This document shows, piece by piece, positions 63,011 to 64,000 of a stretch of 64,000 bases of DNA. The number at the start of each line of letters is the position of its first letter. The first letter of the stretch is position 1. Both the position numbers and the translations under genes were made by a program. Where the stretch lies: the IMG/VR virus record IMGVR_UViG_3300044451_000174, positions 10,722 to 74,721 of that record, one strand, 5' to 3'. This stretch comes from a virus (taxonomy: Duplodnaviria; Heunggongvirae; Uroviricota; Caudoviricetes). The notes below the pieces were generated by a model, which worked only from the letters and a program-made list of their open reading frames with translations, was not told where the DNA came from and ran no database searches.

Positions 63011-64000
63011 GTGCCACAAGGATTTCCACCACAGCCCGTTTTCCCCTTCGCGATTGACAGCAACGGGACGCTATTCCTCGTGAACAACACGACGGAGAGC
63101 CGGCTCACCGCCGACAACCAAGCGTGGTCGGACACGGTTCCCATTGCGCCCGTCGCTGCCGACGCCGACGAGATCTGGCCGGACAACGGGTTCGCCACCA
63201 TTTCGGGGGAGATTCTTTACTACGATTCCGTCGAACTTGACGACAACGACAAAGTCAAGACGTTGAAGAATTGCGTCAGGAACTTGGGCGGCGTACACAC
63301 CCAGTTCAACTTGGCCGGGACCGACGTGCGTGGCTTCGTGATGGCCGAACACCACAACCAGTTGGTGGAAGCGACCCTTCGCATCGAACAGTTCGTCGGG
63401 ACCAACTTTACGGAAGACCAATCGACACTCGACTGGCGCATCCGAAACCTCCAGGCACAGAACGTCCTGTTTGACGACTTCTCGTGCGTTGACGTGGTGT
63501 TCACCTTTGTAACAATTTCTACCGACCCCGCGAGCGGTACGGTAGTGAACTTCACCGTCCAACTGACCGGAGACTACAACAGCTACCGACTCGACTTCGG
63601 TGACGGGAGTTTTACCGAAAGCTTGCTGTCAGGCACGCACACCTACGCTCCGAACACCATCATCGACCCTGTTGTCACAGTGAGCAACAACAGGTGTACC
63701 GTCGCACAGACGCCGCCGGTGCGTTTGACTCCGACCGAACCGGCCGAAATCAACACGATCACGGAGTTCTTCGTGCCGGTGTGCGAAGTGCCGGACATCC
63801 CGCCGTTGATCTTGCCCGAAATCAATCCGCCCACGGTACAGATCGGATTCCCGCCTCTGGTGATCCCGTGCGTCAACGTCAGTCCCATCGGGCCGATTGA
63901 CATTCCGTCAATTGTGACGTTCGAGCCGGCAATCAACATTCCGAGTCTGATCGAATTCGGGCCGATCAGCATTCCGAGCGAGATCGTAATCATCGGGGGC
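63011..64000 (+). CDS. PKD-domain fiber-like protein, paralog 3 of 3, partial (runs off the window end)
   Basis: GTG at 63011 is preceded by AAGAGG. Contains MAEHHNQLVEATLRIEQFVG, YRLDFGDGSFTESLLSGTHTY and C-terminal IPSxI repeats. No stop codon within the window. Confidence 0.5.
   Translation, partial: MPQGFPPQPVFPFAIDSNGTLFLVNNTTESRLTADNQAWSDTVPIAPVAADADEIWPDNGFATISGEILYYDSVELDDNDKVKTLKNCVRNLGGVHTQFNLAGTDVRGFVMAEHHNQLVEATLRIEQFVGTNFTEDQSTLDWRIRNLQAQNVLFDDFSCVDVVFTFVTISTDPASGTVVNFTVQLTGDYNSYRLDFGDGSFTESLLSGTHTYAPNTIIDPVVTVSNNRCTVAQTPPVRLTPTEPAEINTITEFFVPVCEVPDIPPLILPEINPPTVQIGFPPLVIPCVNVSPIGPIDIPSIVTFEPAINIPSLIEFGPISIPSEIVIIGG

Overview
High-GC (about 60%) double-stranded DNA phage or prophage segment, very gene-dense. 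Many adjacent genes share start and stop nucleotides (ATGA or TAATG junctions). Layout: (1) 1-9.9 kb, mostly plus-strand small genes, including an ADP-ribosylglycohydrolase gene broken by a perfect 26-bp tandem duplication. (2) 10.0-34.5 kb, a long minus-strand block of non-structural genes: an AAA+ ATPase, a cupin plus DnaJ-type zinc-finger protein, two paralogous small zinc-finger proteins, a DUF262 protein, a PspA-like membrane coiled-coil protein, a histidine phosphatase, a SprT-like protein, a HAD phosphatase, a CCA-adding tRNA nucleotidyltransferase, a protein with an RNA-polymerase alpha-CTD-like helix-hairpin-helix, and, most strikingly, a major vault protein (MVP) homolog encoded as two ORFs that overlap at an ATGA. 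(3) 34.6-53.3 kb, a plus-strand contractile-tail baseplate module of P2/Mu type. It starts with a 2690-aa tape measure protein (TMP) carrying two families of internal tandem repeats, followed by a LysM gpX-like protein, a putative hub, a gpV-like spike, a gpW/gp25-like protein, a gpJ-like protein and a gpI-like protein. (4) 53.3-55 kb, a low-GC insertion with a free-standing LAGLIDADG homing endonuclease. (5) 55-64 kb, a SET-domain methyltransferase, a ParB-like nuclease, a nucleoside deoxyribosyltransferase-like protein and three tandem paralogous PKD-domain fiber-like genes. A motif GTCTATACTG recurs upstream of several minus-strand genes and probably marks the -10 element of a phage promoter. 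No rRNA, tRNA or CRISPR array was recognised. All functional calls rest on motif and family recognition by eye, without database searches.
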